From Candidatus Omnitrophota bacterium (GTDB lineage: Bacteria > Omnitrophota > Gorgyraeia > Aquiviventales > Aquiviventaceae): a stretch of 64,000 nucleotides of DNA. The DNA lies in assembly GCA_023247255.1 (NCBI GenBank), contig JAHFGV010000009.1, positions 2,773 through 66,772 of the forward strand, in the 5' to 3' direction. Position 1 is the first letter of the stretch; the number at the start of each line of letters is the position of its first letter. The position numbers and the translations under genes are program-made. Under the pieces are notes generated by a model. It was not told where the DNA came from, made no database searches, and saw only the letters and a list, made by a program, of their open reading frames with translations. Shown one piece after another: positions 19,171 to 29,697 of this stretch.

Positions 19171-20388
19171 ATGCCAACGATACAGTGGGTCAATGAACCG
19201 CAGCCTTTAAGGCTAGACGACTACGTTCAGGCGAAGGCCACACTCATCCAGCGCGTGATGGGTTTGGAAGGGGTTCTTGCCGTCTACGAGCACAGGAAAA
19301 AGGGAGATGCCTACGATCTGGGTATCTCAGACATTGACCCCGCAGTGGTTACCGAGGAGAGACTTCCAGAGAAGACCTGTCAGGTATTAAGAGCCCTTTC
19401 TAAGGATCCCGAGATCGTTAAGTTGCTTCGGGCGGCTGTGAGTGCTATTCCTTTGAGCGTATTTCAGGATCCTACCCGACAAGCCCTCTCCCATCTTTGT
19501 CTTTTGGCAGGCTCTACCCAGCAGGTGCAAACTTTCTCCGAAGCCGAGGGTACCATGACGCGTGTGTTTGCAGCAGCGGAGCAGGCTGGTCGAGCGACGA
19601 TTTCGTTGATGCAGCGTCTGCACGATCGGCGTTGGAACGTTTTGGGGACACTCGGAAACTTGAAGGGGGTCATGCATAACGCCCTTAACGCCTTAGGCCC
19701 TATTGAAGGTTGGCCGGAGGAGTTTCAAGATTGGTGGATGCGCGTGAGTCGATTACGACACCATTGGTTCTCGTTGGGACACGAGCGCTATGAAGAATTG
19801 GTGGGACTGACACAGTTAGGATACCTGCTTTCGATGCGTACCTGCTGGAAGTTAGACGCGATCTTCAAGGCTGAGGGTTTGGTGGGGTCTGGGAATACGC
19901 GATTCGTCCTCTGTCCCACTCCTCATCGGGATCTTCTCTGTTTCATCGATTCCGAAGCAGAGCAGGATCGTATACTCTCGCGGCTTGCGGCACGATGCCA
20001 GGGTTGGAACGTGGTGTGCCTTCCGAAGACTTTCTACGCGCAGGCCATCGAAATGACGGCTTATGCTTCCGGATCCTTTAGGGACCTTTTGGTTCAGTGT
20101 CTCGGTACCGATAAACCTCATCCTTCAACGCAACTGAGCGAGTTATCCAAGTCAGTGCTTGGCCGACGCGTGAGGGTGCAGCAGGCGTATTTGGAGTTTT
20201 TAGAGTCCCATCGATTTCCTCGAATTGGCTGCGAAGGTACTTGGTGGCTACGTCTTGGGCGAGCGGCAGGCTCCACAAAGAAAAGCTCACACTGGTTGGT
20301 GAACTCCTTCAAAGGGCTGGGGCTTCAGATTCAGACAGCGCAGGTGGTTCTGCGAGCAAAAGCCACTCTTTTCGCTAACGCATCATGA
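19171..20388 (+). CDS. Hypothetical protein, possible nucleotidyltransferase-like N-terminus
   Basis: 405 aa ORF coupled to the next gene; GISDIDPAVV motif. Confidence 0.55.
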   Translation: MPTIQWVNEPQPLRLDDYVQAKATLIQRVMGLEGVLAVYEHRKKGDAYDLGISDIDPAVVTEERLPEKTCQVLRALSKDPEIVKLLRAAVSAIPLSVFQDPTRQALSHLCLLAGSTQQVQTFSEAEGTMTRVFAAAEQAGRATISLMQRLHDRRWNVLGTLGNLKGVMHNALNALGPIEGWPEEFQDWWMRVSRLRHHWFSLGHERYEELVGLTQLGYLLSMRTCWKLDAIFKAEGLVGSGNTRFVLCPTPHRDLLCFIDSEAEQDRILSRLAARCQGWNVVCLPKTFYAQAIEMTAYASGSFRDLLVQCLGTDKPHPSTQLSELSKSVLGRRVRVQQAYLEFLESHRFPRIGCEGTWWLRLGRAAGSTKKSSHWLVNSFKGLGLQIQTAQVVLRAKATLFANAS

Positions 20389-22520
20389 AACCTCTAGTCA
20401 GCATCATTATCCCAACGCGCAATCGGGCCGAGACGTTTTTGCCTCAGGCGATTCGCTCTGTCGTCGCACAGACCTACGCGAATTGGGAGATGTTCGTCGT
20501 GGACGATGCCTCGACGGATAATACCGCTTCTGTGGTCGCTCTTTTTGCGCATAACGACCCGCGGATTCGGTATCTGCGAGCCCAAGGCAAAGGACCTGGC
20601 ATGGCGCGAAAGATCGCCTCCCAACAGATCTCTGGGGAGTATCTTGCTTTTCTCGATGACGATGATGTGTGGCTTCCGGATAAGCTCGACATCCAGATGG
20701 GGTATTTCAATCAGCATCCTGAGGTGGCACTACTCTACACGAAGGCGATCGTGATTGATGGACAAAACAAGTCTTGTGGGGAGAAACCTTCAGGGCCTGC
20801 GACGCGAACGTTTCAAGACTTGATCGAGCGTAACGCCATCGTTCTTTCCTCAGCCCTGGTGCGTCGCTCTTCTTTTGAGAAAGTCGGTGGGTTTGATGGA
20901 TACATCAGCCCTTCTGAGGACTACTACTTGTGGCTGCGCATCAGCCGACTCTATCCGATTGCTTATCTGGAGCAGTCCTTGGTTCACTACCGAAGACATC
21001 AGACGAATTTTTCCAGTCAGGCCGCTTGGAAGCGATTGCAGAAGGCGGTGGAGATATTCGAGCGCATCCAGCGATTGCCCCTCGCTGTGGAGGATCGTGT
21101 ACGCGTAGAGCGTCGACTCCGTCACCTGCGCTACCTTTATGGGAGACATCTCATTTTTAATCACCAACTTCCCGAAGCCCGCTGCCAATTCCAGAGCCTC
21201 CTGAAACTTGAGGGAAACTCCTCCTTGAACGACTCTTTACGTGCCCTAGGTTTGTGTGGGCTCACGTGGGCTCCTCGACCGGTTTTGGACGTTCTCCGTC
21301 GCCGATGGCAAAGGCAGGAACCGCAGTTGTTTTTTTCAGGAAAACCGGGCAATTCCGCGATGACCCCAATGGCCCATCGGATTGTCTATGTGGAGGCAGG
21401 CTCAGGTACGGGAGGATCGGCGAAATCCCTGTATCGGCTCTTAACCCACCTTAACCGGAGGCGATGGCAGCCGATCGTCATCATGCATGAGACCGCCCCG
21501 ATTGTATCGCGCATCCGGGAGATGGGCATTGAGGTTCATGTCAGACGATTGCGTCCGAAGATGGATGAGGATCGGCCCAGCTCAGGCGGATTTGGGAAGA
21601 ACCTGGTTGGTTTTCATCTGCCGCTGGCGCTCGAATTATGGAAGCTCTTCAGGGGCACGCGTCCAGCGTTGATTCATCTCAACAACAGCCCACAAGTAGG
21701 CCTCGCTGCCATCGTGGTTGCCCGGATGCTTGGCATTCCAGTGGTTTCTCATCTGCGAACGACGCGTGGCCTCAGCCGGCTTGAAAAACGGTTGATGCCA
21801 GGGATCCGTCGACTGATCGTTCTGAGCCAGCCGATGGCGCATCTTTGCAGAGCCGAGGGGTTGACGGATGCAAAGTTCTGCGTGATCCCCGATGGCGTGG
21901 AGATTTCTGAGTCACAGGCGACTAGCCGATTGATGGCGCGAGAAGCGTTGGGATTGGACGCAGAAGGTCCCGTTATCGGGATCGTTGGTCGCTTGATTCC
22001 CTTTAAAGGCCATGAAGATTTCTTCCGCGCCGGGGCCCTTTTGGCAAAGCGACATCCGGGTTTACGTTTCGTCGTCGCTGGCGGGTTCGTTCCCGAGACT
22101 AACGGGTTTGAACAACGATTGCATCGACTCGTCGACTCTCTCGGCTTGACATCGTCGGTGCGATGGCTGGGATGGCGAACACATACGGAAGAAGTGTATG
22201 CGGCACTCGATGTGTTGACGATGCCTTCGCAAGTAGCCGAGGGGCTTCCCTCGACGATTCTTGAAGCGATGGCGAGTGGCATTCCGGTGGTCGCTTCAGA
22301 CATCGGAGGCATTCCCGACGTAGTCGCTCATGGCTCGACCGGTTTTCTGGTGCCGCCTAAGGATCCCCATCGATTGGCGGAGGCTGTCGGGATGCTTCTG
22401 AGTCAACCGACTCTGCGGCAATCATTCGCTCATGCAGCGCTAGAGCGCGTTCGGCAATTCGATATACAGATCACCGTGAAACGTCTGGAAAGCCTGTATG
22501 AAGAATGTGTGCAAGGATGA
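20385..22520 (+). CDS. Bifunctional GT2 + GT4 glycosyltransferase
   Basis: N-terminal VSIIIPTRNR/FLDDDD; C-terminal EGLPSTILEAMASG. Confidence 0.9.
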   Translation: MKPLVSIIIPTRNRAETFLPQAIRSVVAQTYANWEMFVVDDASTDNTASVVALFAHNDPRIRYLRAQGKGPGMARKIASQQISGEYLAFLDDDDVWLPDKLDIQMGYFNQHPEVALLYTKAIVIDGQNKSCGEKPSGPATRTFQDLIERNAIVLSSALVRRSSFEKVGGFDGYISPSEDYYLWLRISRLYPIAYLEQSLVHYRRHQTNFSSQAAWKRLQKAVEIFERIQRLPLAVEDRVRVERRLRHLRYLYGRHLIFNHQLPEARCQFQSLLKLEGNSSLNDSLRALGLCGLTWAPRPVLDVLRRRWQRQEPQLFFSGKPGNSAMTPMAHRIVYVEAGSGTGGSAKSLYRLLTHLNRRRWQPIVIMHETAPIVSRIREMGIEVHVRRLRPKMDEDRPSSGGFGKNLVGFHLPLALELWKLFRGTRPALIHLNNSPQVGLAAIVVARMLGIPVVSHLRTTRGLSRLEKRLMPGIRRLIVLSQPMAHLCRAEGLTDAKFCVIPDGVEISESQATSRLMAREALGLDAEGPVIGIVGRLIPFKGHEDFFRAGALLAKRHPGLRFVVAGGFVPETNGFEQRLHRLVDSLGLTSSVRWLGWRTHTEEVYAALDVLTMPSQVAEGLPSTILEAMASGIPVVASDIGGIPDVVAHGSTGFLVPPKDPHRLAEAVGMLLSQPTLRQSFAHAALERVRQFDIQITVKRLESLYEECVQG

Positions 22521-25357
22521 AGAATCGCTTCCTAAGACTTAAGCGAGGGATCAAACGACTGCTGGCACATCTCGCTCTGGCGAGTGGGCTCTTGGCTTTG
22601 ATCCGTTGGATATCCGGGCAGCGTCAGGATCGCTTTGCCATCCTGATGTATCACCGGCTAGGTCCCCAAGGACTTCCTCAAGAGGTGTTCGCGCATCAGA
22701 TGCGCTACGTCTCAAAACACTATCGATTGCTTCCGCTGGAAGAATTGGTCAGGCGGCACGTTCACAAAGAACCCATGCCACGCGGGGCAATGGCCATCAC
22801 CTTTGACGACGGCTACCGAGATTGTCTTGAAGTGGCGCAGCCGATTCTTTCATCGCTTGGTTTGCCAGCGACGGTGTTTCCCGTGGTCTCAGGGATTAAG
22901 GATGCGCAGCCCTTGTGGACGCATGTGGTCACGACGGTGTGTGAGCATCTTCCAGCAAACGAGGTATCGGTTCCCTTGGACTCTGAAACCCGACGTTACT
23001 CATGGAGAAACGATGCCGAACGCGGTCTGGTTGCTGAGACGATCAAGGAACAGCTCAAGCGTTTGGACAGCCAGTCGTTTGAGCGCGCTTTAGCGTTCTT
23101 GAAAGCGCAATGCCCTGACTGGAAACGCTTGACATGGGAGCAAGCGCCCATCGTGGATCGTCAGGGACTCCTGACGCTGCAAAAGTCCGGTTGGAATGTG
23201 GGTGCGCACACCGTGACTCATCCGATTCTCAGTCGCCTCTCGTTGGATCAGCTTCGCGGAGAGATCGAAGGTTCCAAACGTTGGCTTGAGGAACAGTTGA
23301 AGGAACCGGTGAGCGTGTTTTGTTATCCGAACGGAAAGTCTGACGACTACAATCCAGCAGTCATTCAGATCGTAGAAGCGTCTGGCTTCTCGGCAGCCTG
23401 CACCGCTGAGGAAGGCTGGAACGATGACACAACGTCCCCTTGGCAGATGAAGCGCCTGGTAACTTCAGAGCTTTCTCTGGCTGTCTTTGCCTGCGGGTTG
23501 GAATCGCTCTTTGCTCCTCGTCGTTGTCTGCACGCGCTTCGTGAGGGATGTCTCTTTTCGATCTCGAAGCTGAAGCGATTGGTTCTACGTGGGGGACTCC
23601 GTGCGCTGTGGGATTGGATGAAGGAACGACTGTGGATGGATCGAGAAGGGATTTTAATGACACTTCTTCTCAATCAGCCGCTGCGCATTCCACGAGCTAA
23701 GATTTTCTGCAACTACGCCTGGGCGAGTGAAGATGACCTAAAGAACTTACCGAATGTATTCCCGAGCCTTAACCCTCAGGTGATTCGCAAGCGCTATGAG
23801 CATGGGGATCGCTGTTGGGTAGGACGGAGAGAGACAAAGATCGTAACCTTCATGTGGATCGGCCGAGCAGCATGGGATGTTTGGTATTTCAGAGGCGAGA
23901 TTCCTTTGCTTCCTCACCAATGCTACAGCTATAACGCCTTTACTATCCCCTCCGCTCGAGGCTTGGGTGTGTTTCCTCAATGTGTGGAAGCTGCCCGGCA
24001 GGCACTCCTTGAAGAGGGGGTCACTTCTTTACTCGGTGTTGTGGATTCCAGAAACAGCGTTTCCTTACGGACCCTCAAGCGCTTCGGGATGTTTACCAGT
24101 GGCAGCCTATCGTTGAGGCGGCAATGGGGTTTCATGAAGCGTCGGATCGTTAAAATCACAGATGTGGAATCATCCCGTCATTCTAGCCATTCGTCGCTCA
24201 AACCCCTGTTGCGTCATCACCTCCCAGTCGCTGTGGTCTTAGGGCAGGGAAGAACAGGGCTCGGCGTGAATCGGCTCTTGGGGCGTCTGGGCATTCGGGT
24301 AGTCGGCGTCGATGCCGATGGACAAGCCTTGGGATTTCGTTCCCGTTACGTCACCCCGCAGCAAATCTCATGGGGAGAGACTCAGACGCTGTTGCAACTT
24401 TGCAAGGACCTGCGTCGAGGCACGGATGTCAAACCCGTTCTGATTCCCACATCGGATGATACGGTGCGATGGTTGATGAAGGATTGGGATGTTCTGGCAT
24501 CATCCATGCAGTGCTTGGCTCCAGAGCTCTCTGTCTGGGACATGCTCATGGACAAAAAACGCTGCCTGGAGGCTGCTGCTGCTTTAGGGGTCCACACGCC
24601 CAAAACATTTCGTGCGGATGAGGCTTTGCATGAGAGAGAGGGTCAGGGCTTCATTTATCCATGCGTTTTAAAGCCCATCGATAGACGAGCGATTTCCGGC
24701 CTTAATGGAGAGAAGGTATTTCTGCCGAAGGCTCGCGAGGAGATCCAAAGGGTGATCGCAGGTCTGGGCAGTCGACCTGAGCAATGGGTGGTCCAGGAGT
24801 TGATCCCGGGAGAGGATCGCTCTCATGGATCCTGCGCTGTGTGTTTGGGGCATCAGGGAGAAGTGTTGGGAGTTTTCACCAGTAGGAAGTTGCGTCAGTA
24901 TCCACCAGGCTACGGGATTGCGACGATCTGTGAAAGCGCTTGGGAGAGTGTTTTGGCTGAGCAAGCGATTCGGTTCCTACAAGGAGTGGGTTTCCGCGGG
25001 GTAGCAGAGGTGGAGTTCAAGCAGGATGCACAGGACGGAAAATGGAAGTTGATCGAAGTCAATCCTCGTCTTTGGATTCAGCACACGCTTGCTGCTCGAT
25101 GTGGGGTGAACCTGGCCTATGTCCTCTACCTGGCAACGATCGGTTTGGAACCCAAGCCATTGCCACGACAGAAAGAGAACATCCGATGGATTGCGGCAGA
25201 ACTGGATTGGTTCTCGCTGCGCCAAATCGCGCGTCAGCGTCGAGTGAATTGGCAGGAGTGGACTGAGGGTTTTCGGGCAGAGCGGGAGACTTCCTTGTGG
25301 CAGTGGGACGATCCCCGTCCGGCTATCCACCGTGCGCGGGAGCTCATGAGTTCTTAG
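22517..25357 (+). CDS. Fusion of polysaccharide deacetylase, GNAT-like and ATP-grasp domains
   Basis: TFDDGY/HTVTHPIL/YPNG; TIPSARGLGVF; LKP...QELIPG...EVEFK...IEVNPR. Confidence 0.8.
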   Translation: MKNRFLRLKRGIKRLLAHLALASGLLALIRWISGQRQDRFAILMYHRLGPQGLPQEVFAHQMRYVSKHYRLLPLEELVRRHVHKEPMPRGAMAITFDDGYRDCLEVAQPILSSLGLPATVFPVVSGIKDAQPLWTHVVTTVCEHLPANEVSVPLDSETRRYSWRNDAERGLVAETIKEQLKRLDSQSFERALAFLKAQCPDWKRLTWEQAPIVDRQGLLTLQKSGWNVGAHTVTHPILSRLSLDQLRGEIEGSKRWLEEQLKEPVSVFCYPNGKSDDYNPAVIQIVEASGFSAACTAEEGWNDDTTSPWQMKRLVTSELSLAVFACGLESLFAPRRCLHALREGCLFSISKLKRLVLRGGLRALWDWMKERLWMDREGILMTLLLNQPLRIPRAKIFCNYAWASEDDLKNLPNVFPSLNPQVIRKRYEHGDRCWVGRRETKIVTFMWIGRAAWDVWYFRGEIPLLPHQCYSYNAFTIPSARGLGVFPQCVEAARQALLEEGVTSLLGVVDSRNSVSLRTLKRFGMFTSGSLSLRRQWGFMKRRIVKITDVESSRHSSHSSLKPLLRHHLPVAVVLGQGRTGLGVNRLLGRLGIRVVGVDADGQALGFRSRYVTPQQISWGETQTLLQLCKDLRRGTDVKPVLIPTSDDTVRWLMKDWDVLASSMQCLAPELSVWDMLMDKKRCLEAAAALGVHTPKTFRADEALHEREGQGFIYPCVLKPIDRRAISGLNGEKVFLPKAREEIQRVIAGLGSRPEQWVVQELIPGEDRSHGSCAVCLGHQGEVLGVFTSRKLRQYPPGYGIATICESAWESVLAEQAIRFLQGVGFRGVAEVEFKQDAQDGKWKLIEVNPRLWIQHTLAARCGVNLAYVLYLATIGLEPKPLPRQKENIRWIAAELDWFSLRQIARQRRVNWQEWTEGFRAERETSLWQWDDPRPAIHRARELMSS

Positions 25358-25638
25358 TTGGACAAACGTATGCGTCGGTTGCCTCTATCGATTGCAGCGC
25401 CGCTTGCAGTGAATGTTTCGCGAAAGATGATAGAAACAGCAGTCTGGTCTTTGGGGAGTTTAAGGCGAGCGCTGAGAATACGTTGGGCAGCGCGTTGCAT
25501 AGTTTCTCGTCGACTCGCTGTGGGCGTCAAAGGATGATTGGTCAGGTACATGCGGATGGCCTCGCGCACGCGTTCACTGCGACTCCGATGCTCGGCTTTT
25601 GCCAAGGTATCCACCCAGAACCACGAAGATATATCCAA
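25354..25638 (-). pseudogene. Ribbon-helix-helix (CopG/antitoxin-like) protein or remnant, antisense to the operon
   Basis: VDTLAKAEHRSRSERVREAIRMYL; N-terminal beta strand appears missing. Confidence 0.55.
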
Positions 25639-25653
25639 CTGAAAAGGATGTAG

Positions 25654-27120
25654 ATGGCTTTCAAGTCCTTTAACACGGCGATTCCGGTTGCGCTGCAGAC
25701 GCGGCGAGCGCTCCCCACCATTGACCGGCGCATATGGCTCATGGCGGTTTTGGCCTGTGGGTTTGCGGTCTTGGTGATGAAGGAGGTCGCATTGCCTTCA
25801 TCCCTCATCTTAGTTTTTGGGGGGCTGGGACTCTTCGCTTTGTTTGCAGTCGGCCTCCAGAGTCCGGAGATTCCGTTCTACGTGCTGGTTGCTTACCTCC
25901 CGTTTAGCCGTCTACTCGTCGGTGATTTCGGTACCCAGGCGACGGCGCTGAATCTTACCAACATCTTCACCTTAGGGGTGTTCATCGCTCATGTGTTTCG
26001 GCAAGGAGCGCGTGGACAAGCCCCATTTCAATCCACACCGTTGAATCGTATGATCTCGTTGTTCTGCGCCTTAGGGGCGGCCGCTTTGATACGGGCGGGT
26101 TGGGATTATGGTTCCTGGTATGCCTGGCACTATCTCATTCCCCTCAAGCGTTGGCTTACCCCGATGTTTCTTTACTTCCTCACGCTTTGGGTGGTGCGAG
26201 ATAAAAGAGTGCTGAAGACTTCAGCGATCCTCATCATGATCGTCGTGACTCTGGTTGCCCTCATGGCGATTCGGGATTACATGAATGTCGAGGGAAGCGG
26301 CTTTGAAGCCTCGCGCATCGGAGGGATCGCCGAACATTCCAATACCTTGGGGGCTTTCTTCGTCTACTACATGTTTTTACATCTAGGTTTCTTCCTCACC
26401 CACACTTCGAGGCCTCGAGCGTGGCTTTTATTGATTCCGTTTCTGCTTTGCTTCCGGGGAATCATGGTGACATTCTCCCGCGGGGCTTACCTGGCATTCG
26501 CGATAGGATCTCTGGCAGCCTGTTGGTTTCGACATAAGCTCTTGTTCGTTACCGCCGTAGTCGCACTGGTGTTTGCGATTCTCAATCCGACGTTGTTGCC
26601 TTCAGGGATTCGCTACCGGATGGGAATGACGATAATTCATCATGATACGGGTGTGGTTCAAGAGGACATCACGCAGAACCTCGAGGGCAGCTCGGCCTCG
26701 CGTATTGAGATATGGCGCGGAGCGCTCAAGATGATCCAGGATCATCCTTGGTGGGGGGTCGGTTACGAAGCCTTTCCTCGGTTCATGCCAAGTTATACCG
26801 AGGGAAAGATCGGATACATGGACGCCCATAATAGCTATCTCTTAATCGCTGCAGAGATGGGTTTACCGACTCTCGGTGTCTTTCTACTCGTTCTTTTAAT
26901 GATTGGATACTATACCCACTGGCTCTATCGGCATGCCCAGGACAAGGCGTTGAAGGCTATCGCCCTGGGATTCTTGGCGGGGTTGGCCGGGCTGTGGGTG
27001 GCGAATCTCTTCGGTTCACGCATGGACCACGCAGAGGTATCCGGATACTTCTGGATTATTTGTGGCCTTATTATGCGCGGCGTGTTGATTGAGCGGCAGG
27101 AATTAGCACACAGCAAATAG
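25654..27120 (+). CDS. O-antigen ligase / Wzy_C family membrane protein
   Basis: Multi-TM; TFSRGAY, RIEIWRGA, GVGY, AHNSYLLIAAEMG. Confidence 0.88.
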   Translation: MAFKSFNTAIPVALQTRRALPTIDRRIWLMAVLACGFAVLVMKEVALPSSLILVFGGLGLFALFAVGLQSPEIPFYVLVAYLPFSRLLVGDFGTQATALNLTNIFTLGVFIAHVFRQGARGQAPFQSTPLNRMISLFCALGAAALIRAGWDYGSWYAWHYLIPLKRWLTPMFLYFLTLWVVRDKRVLKTSAILIMIVVTLVALMAIRDYMNVEGSGFEASRIGGIAEHSNTLGAFFVYYMFLHLGFFLTHTSRPRAWLLLIPFLLCFRGIMVTFSRGAYLAFAIGSLAACWFRHKLLFVTAVVALVFAILNPTLLPSGIRYRMGMTIIHHDTGVVQEDITQNLEGSSASRIEIWRGALKMIQDHPWWGVGYEAFPRFMPSYTEGKIGYMDAHNSYLLIAAEMGLPTLGVFLLVLLMIGYYTHWLYRHAQDKALKAIALGFLAGLAGLWVANLFGSRMDHAEVSGYFWIICGLIMRGVLIERQELAHSK

Positions 27121-27198
27121 CACACAGCACATGGCAGACACAACGGAATGAAGGGATCCCACTCCGAACTCCAAACTCCGAATTCCGAATCCCGAACT
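27101..27198 (+). repeat. (YAGCACA)n array followed by (ACTCCGA)n array
   Basis: AATTAGCACACAGCAAATAGCACACAGCACATGGCAGAC contains the upstream stop; the second array is translated as SELQTPNSESRT. Confidence 0.8.
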
Positions 27199-29631
27199 GG
27201 GAAACATGTCCTATATCCCAGCCTGGGTATGATCGTTTCCCAATTCCCAGAGATGCACGAGACGTTCATCATGCGGGAACTGAGCGCGTTGCGCGATGCA
27301 GGAATTCCTCTGCGTATCTATTCATTGAAACGCTGCCGCGATCCTATCGTACATCCGCAAGCGCAAAAACTTCTCGGGTTGACTCGCTATGTGGTATGGA
27401 ACGATGCCGTTGTTTGGGTACGTGCGGCCGGGTTAGTTCTCCGGCGTCCGATGCGGGCGTTCTCGATACTCGGCTGGGTGGTTCGCCATCATTCTGGGAG
27501 GGCTTTCCTTTTGGCAAAGGCGCTCGTGGTATGGGCACAGGCGATTGTAATCGCCGAGAAGATGCGCGAGGAGGGGATTACGCATATCCATGCGCATTGG
27601 GCAACGGTGCCGACGACGGCGGCTGTGATCGCTTCCGATTGGCTGGGTATTCCCTTTAGCTTCACGGCGCACGCGTGGGATATCTTTGTTCGGAATCCAT
27701 CCCTGAAAGAGAAGATACGACTTTCAGCTAGGGTGATGACCTGCACGGATTACAACCGGCGGTTTCTCCAGCACTTGTGTCCGGGAGAGCGAGAGAAGAT
27801 CATCGTGAACTATCACGGCGTGGACCTCGGGAAGTTTCAACAACTACAACAAGAGACAAGAAACAGGGGACAGGGGACATGTTTTGTGTCTCCTATCTCC
27901 CGTCTCCCGTCTCCCGTCTCCTGTCCCGTTTTTCTATCGGTGGGTCGGCTCGTTGAGACCAAAGGCTATCCTGTTCTTTTGGAAGCCTACCGACGGCTGA
28001 AGTCGGAGGGCATGGCGTTTCACGCGGTGATCGTTGGGGAAGGTTGCCTGCGTGATAGGCTGGAACATCAGATTCGTGTGAACCATCTGGCCGATGTCGT
28101 CGAGTTGAGAAACGCGATGGGGCAGGAGGCACTACGCAAGCTCTATCGGGATGCCTTCGCCTTTGTCCTGCCTTGCACCGTTGCTGAAGACGGGGACCGC
28201 GATGGGATTCCGAATGTCATTCTCGAGGCCATGGCTTGTAGTTTGCCGATAGTCTCGACACAGATCTCGGGAATCCCAGAAGCCGTGCAGGATCGCCGCA
28301 GCGGATTGTTGGTTCCACCCAACGATGGGGAAGAGCTCGCTCGCGCCTTGAAACTTTTGCTGCAGCGGCCGAGTTTTGCCCGTGTATTGGGTGACCACGG
28401 GCGAATGTGGGCGGAGTGTACGTTTGACGCCCGCGAGCATATGCAACAACTCGTGGTTCGGATGAGGGGGTTGTTAGAGAAATCTGTTAGACCCGTTAAC
28501 GTCATGTACGTCATTTGGTCGCTGGAGGTCGGTGGGGCAGAGCGTGTTGTGATGACGCTCGCCAGTGGCCTGGACCGTAAGCGGTTTTCTCCGATCGTGG
28601 TGTGTCTCAATCAGGAAGGACGTATGGCGGCCATGCTTAAACAGCAAGGGATTACTGTGATTGCCCTGAACAAGCGTCCGGGAGTCGATTTGGGGATGCT
28701 GGTGCGTCTGGCGTGGTTGATGAGGCAGCATGGCGTGCAAGTTGTGCACGCGCATCTATGGGGAGCGAATCTGTGGGCGCGTATCGCTGCCATGATGGCA
28801 AGGGTACCGGTCGTCATTGTCCACGAACACGGGATGCAGCCTTGGCGAGGAACCTGGCATTTCCGAATCGACCGTTGGCTGGGACGAAGAACGAGCCGGA
28901 TTCTCTTTGCATCCTCGGAAGTCATGCAGAAGTATGGTGCAAAGACGGGGATGGCACAAAGGCGTTGCCTGTGGGTTCCCAATGGAATCGACGGGAGGCC
29001 GCAAGGATTGGATCGTACCCGTTTGCGAGCACGATTGGGTTTTTCCGATGAAGATCGCGTCGTGATCAGTGTCGGCCGACTCTCACCAGAGAAAGGGCAT
29101 GAAGATTTGTTGCTTGCCTTCGCTCAACTGAGGCAACAGGTGCCTCAGGCGCGTTTGGTATTGGTAGGAGACGGGATAGAGCGAGACACGCTCCAGGCGC
29201 TTCAAGCACGCTGTGGACTTAACGGTGAAGTGACCTTCGCGGGAGTGCAGGACGACGTGCGTCCGTGGCTCGCTGCTGCCGACGTCTACGTTCAGCCTTC
29301 GAGGCGGGAAGGTTTGTCACTGGCCGTTCTTGAGGCGATGGCCTTCGGGCTTCCCGTCATCGCGACCCATGTAGGGGATACGGCACGTGTCATTACCGAT
29401 GGAATGACAGGATACCTAGTGCCTGCTCAGCAACCGGAGGTCTTATCGGCTAAGCTCAAGCAGGTTCTCGATCAACGGGATCAGCAAGGAACTTTAGTAG
29501 AGGCGGCCCGCGCGCTTGTGCAGCGTGATTACTCCGAGCGCCAGATGGTGGGGATAGTGGAGAGGGTTTACGAGGAAGAACTCGTCAAAGAAACAATAAT
29601 TAGCACACAGCAATTAGTACACAGCACATAG
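27148..29631 (+). CDS. Double GT4 glycosyltransferase
   Basis: DGIPNVILEAMA and EGLSLAVLEAMA; two GT-B units. Confidence 0.9.
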   Translation: MKGSHSELQTPNSESRTGKHVLYPSLGMIVSQFPEMHETFIMRELSALRDAGIPLRIYSLKRCRDPIVHPQAQKLLGLTRYVVWNDAVVWVRAAGLVLRRPMRAFSILGWVVRHHSGRAFLLAKALVVWAQAIVIAEKMREEGITHIHAHWATVPTTAAVIASDWLGIPFSFTAHAWDIFVRNPSLKEKIRLSARVMTCTDYNRRFLQHLCPGEREKIIVNYHGVDLGKFQQLQQETRNRGQGTCFVSPISRLPSPVSCPVFLSVGRLVETKGYPVLLEAYRRLKSEGMAFHAVIVGEGCLRDRLEHQIRVNHLADVVELRNAMGQEALRKLYRDAFAFVLPCTVAEDGDRDGIPNVILEAMACSLPIVSTQISGIPEAVQDRRSGLLVPPNDGEELARALKLLLQRPSFARVLGDHGRMWAECTFDAREHMQQLVVRMRGLLEKSVRPVNVMYVIWSLEVGGAERVVMTLASGLDRKRFSPIVVCLNQEGRMAAMLKQQGITVIALNKRPGVDLGMLVRLAWLMRQHGVQVVHAHLWGANLWARIAAMMARVPVVIVHEHGMQPWRGTWHFRIDRWLGRRTSRILFASSEVMQKYGAKTGMAQRRCLWVPNGIDGRPQGLDRTRLRARLGFSDEDRVVISVGRLSPEKGHEDLLLAFAQLRQQVPQARLVLVGDGIERDTLQALQARCGLNGEVTFAGVQDDVRPWLAAADVYVQPSRREGLSLAVLEAMAFGLPVIATHVGDTARVITDGMTGYLVPAQQPEVLSAKLKQVLDQRDQQGTLVEAARALVQRDYSERQMVGIVERVYEEELVKETIISTQQLVHST
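27853..27927. repeat. Empty GAGACAG/TGTCTCC hairpin inserted in frame in the GT4 gene
   Basis: GAGACAA GAAACAG GGGACAG GGGACAT - GTTTTG - TGTCTCC TATCTCC (CGTCTCC)3 TGTCCC. Confidence 0.85.
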
Positions 29632-29697
29632 CATATGGCAGACCGCAAACCGAAAACTGCTTCCCAGCCACGTAGGCACGTAGGCACGGATGCACGA
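29598..29697 (+). repeat. (YAGCACA)n array copy 2, plus CGTAGGCA octamers
   Basis: 29598-29643 is nearly identical to 27101-27139 with one extra unit; contains stop 29631 and start 29635. Confidence 0.8.
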
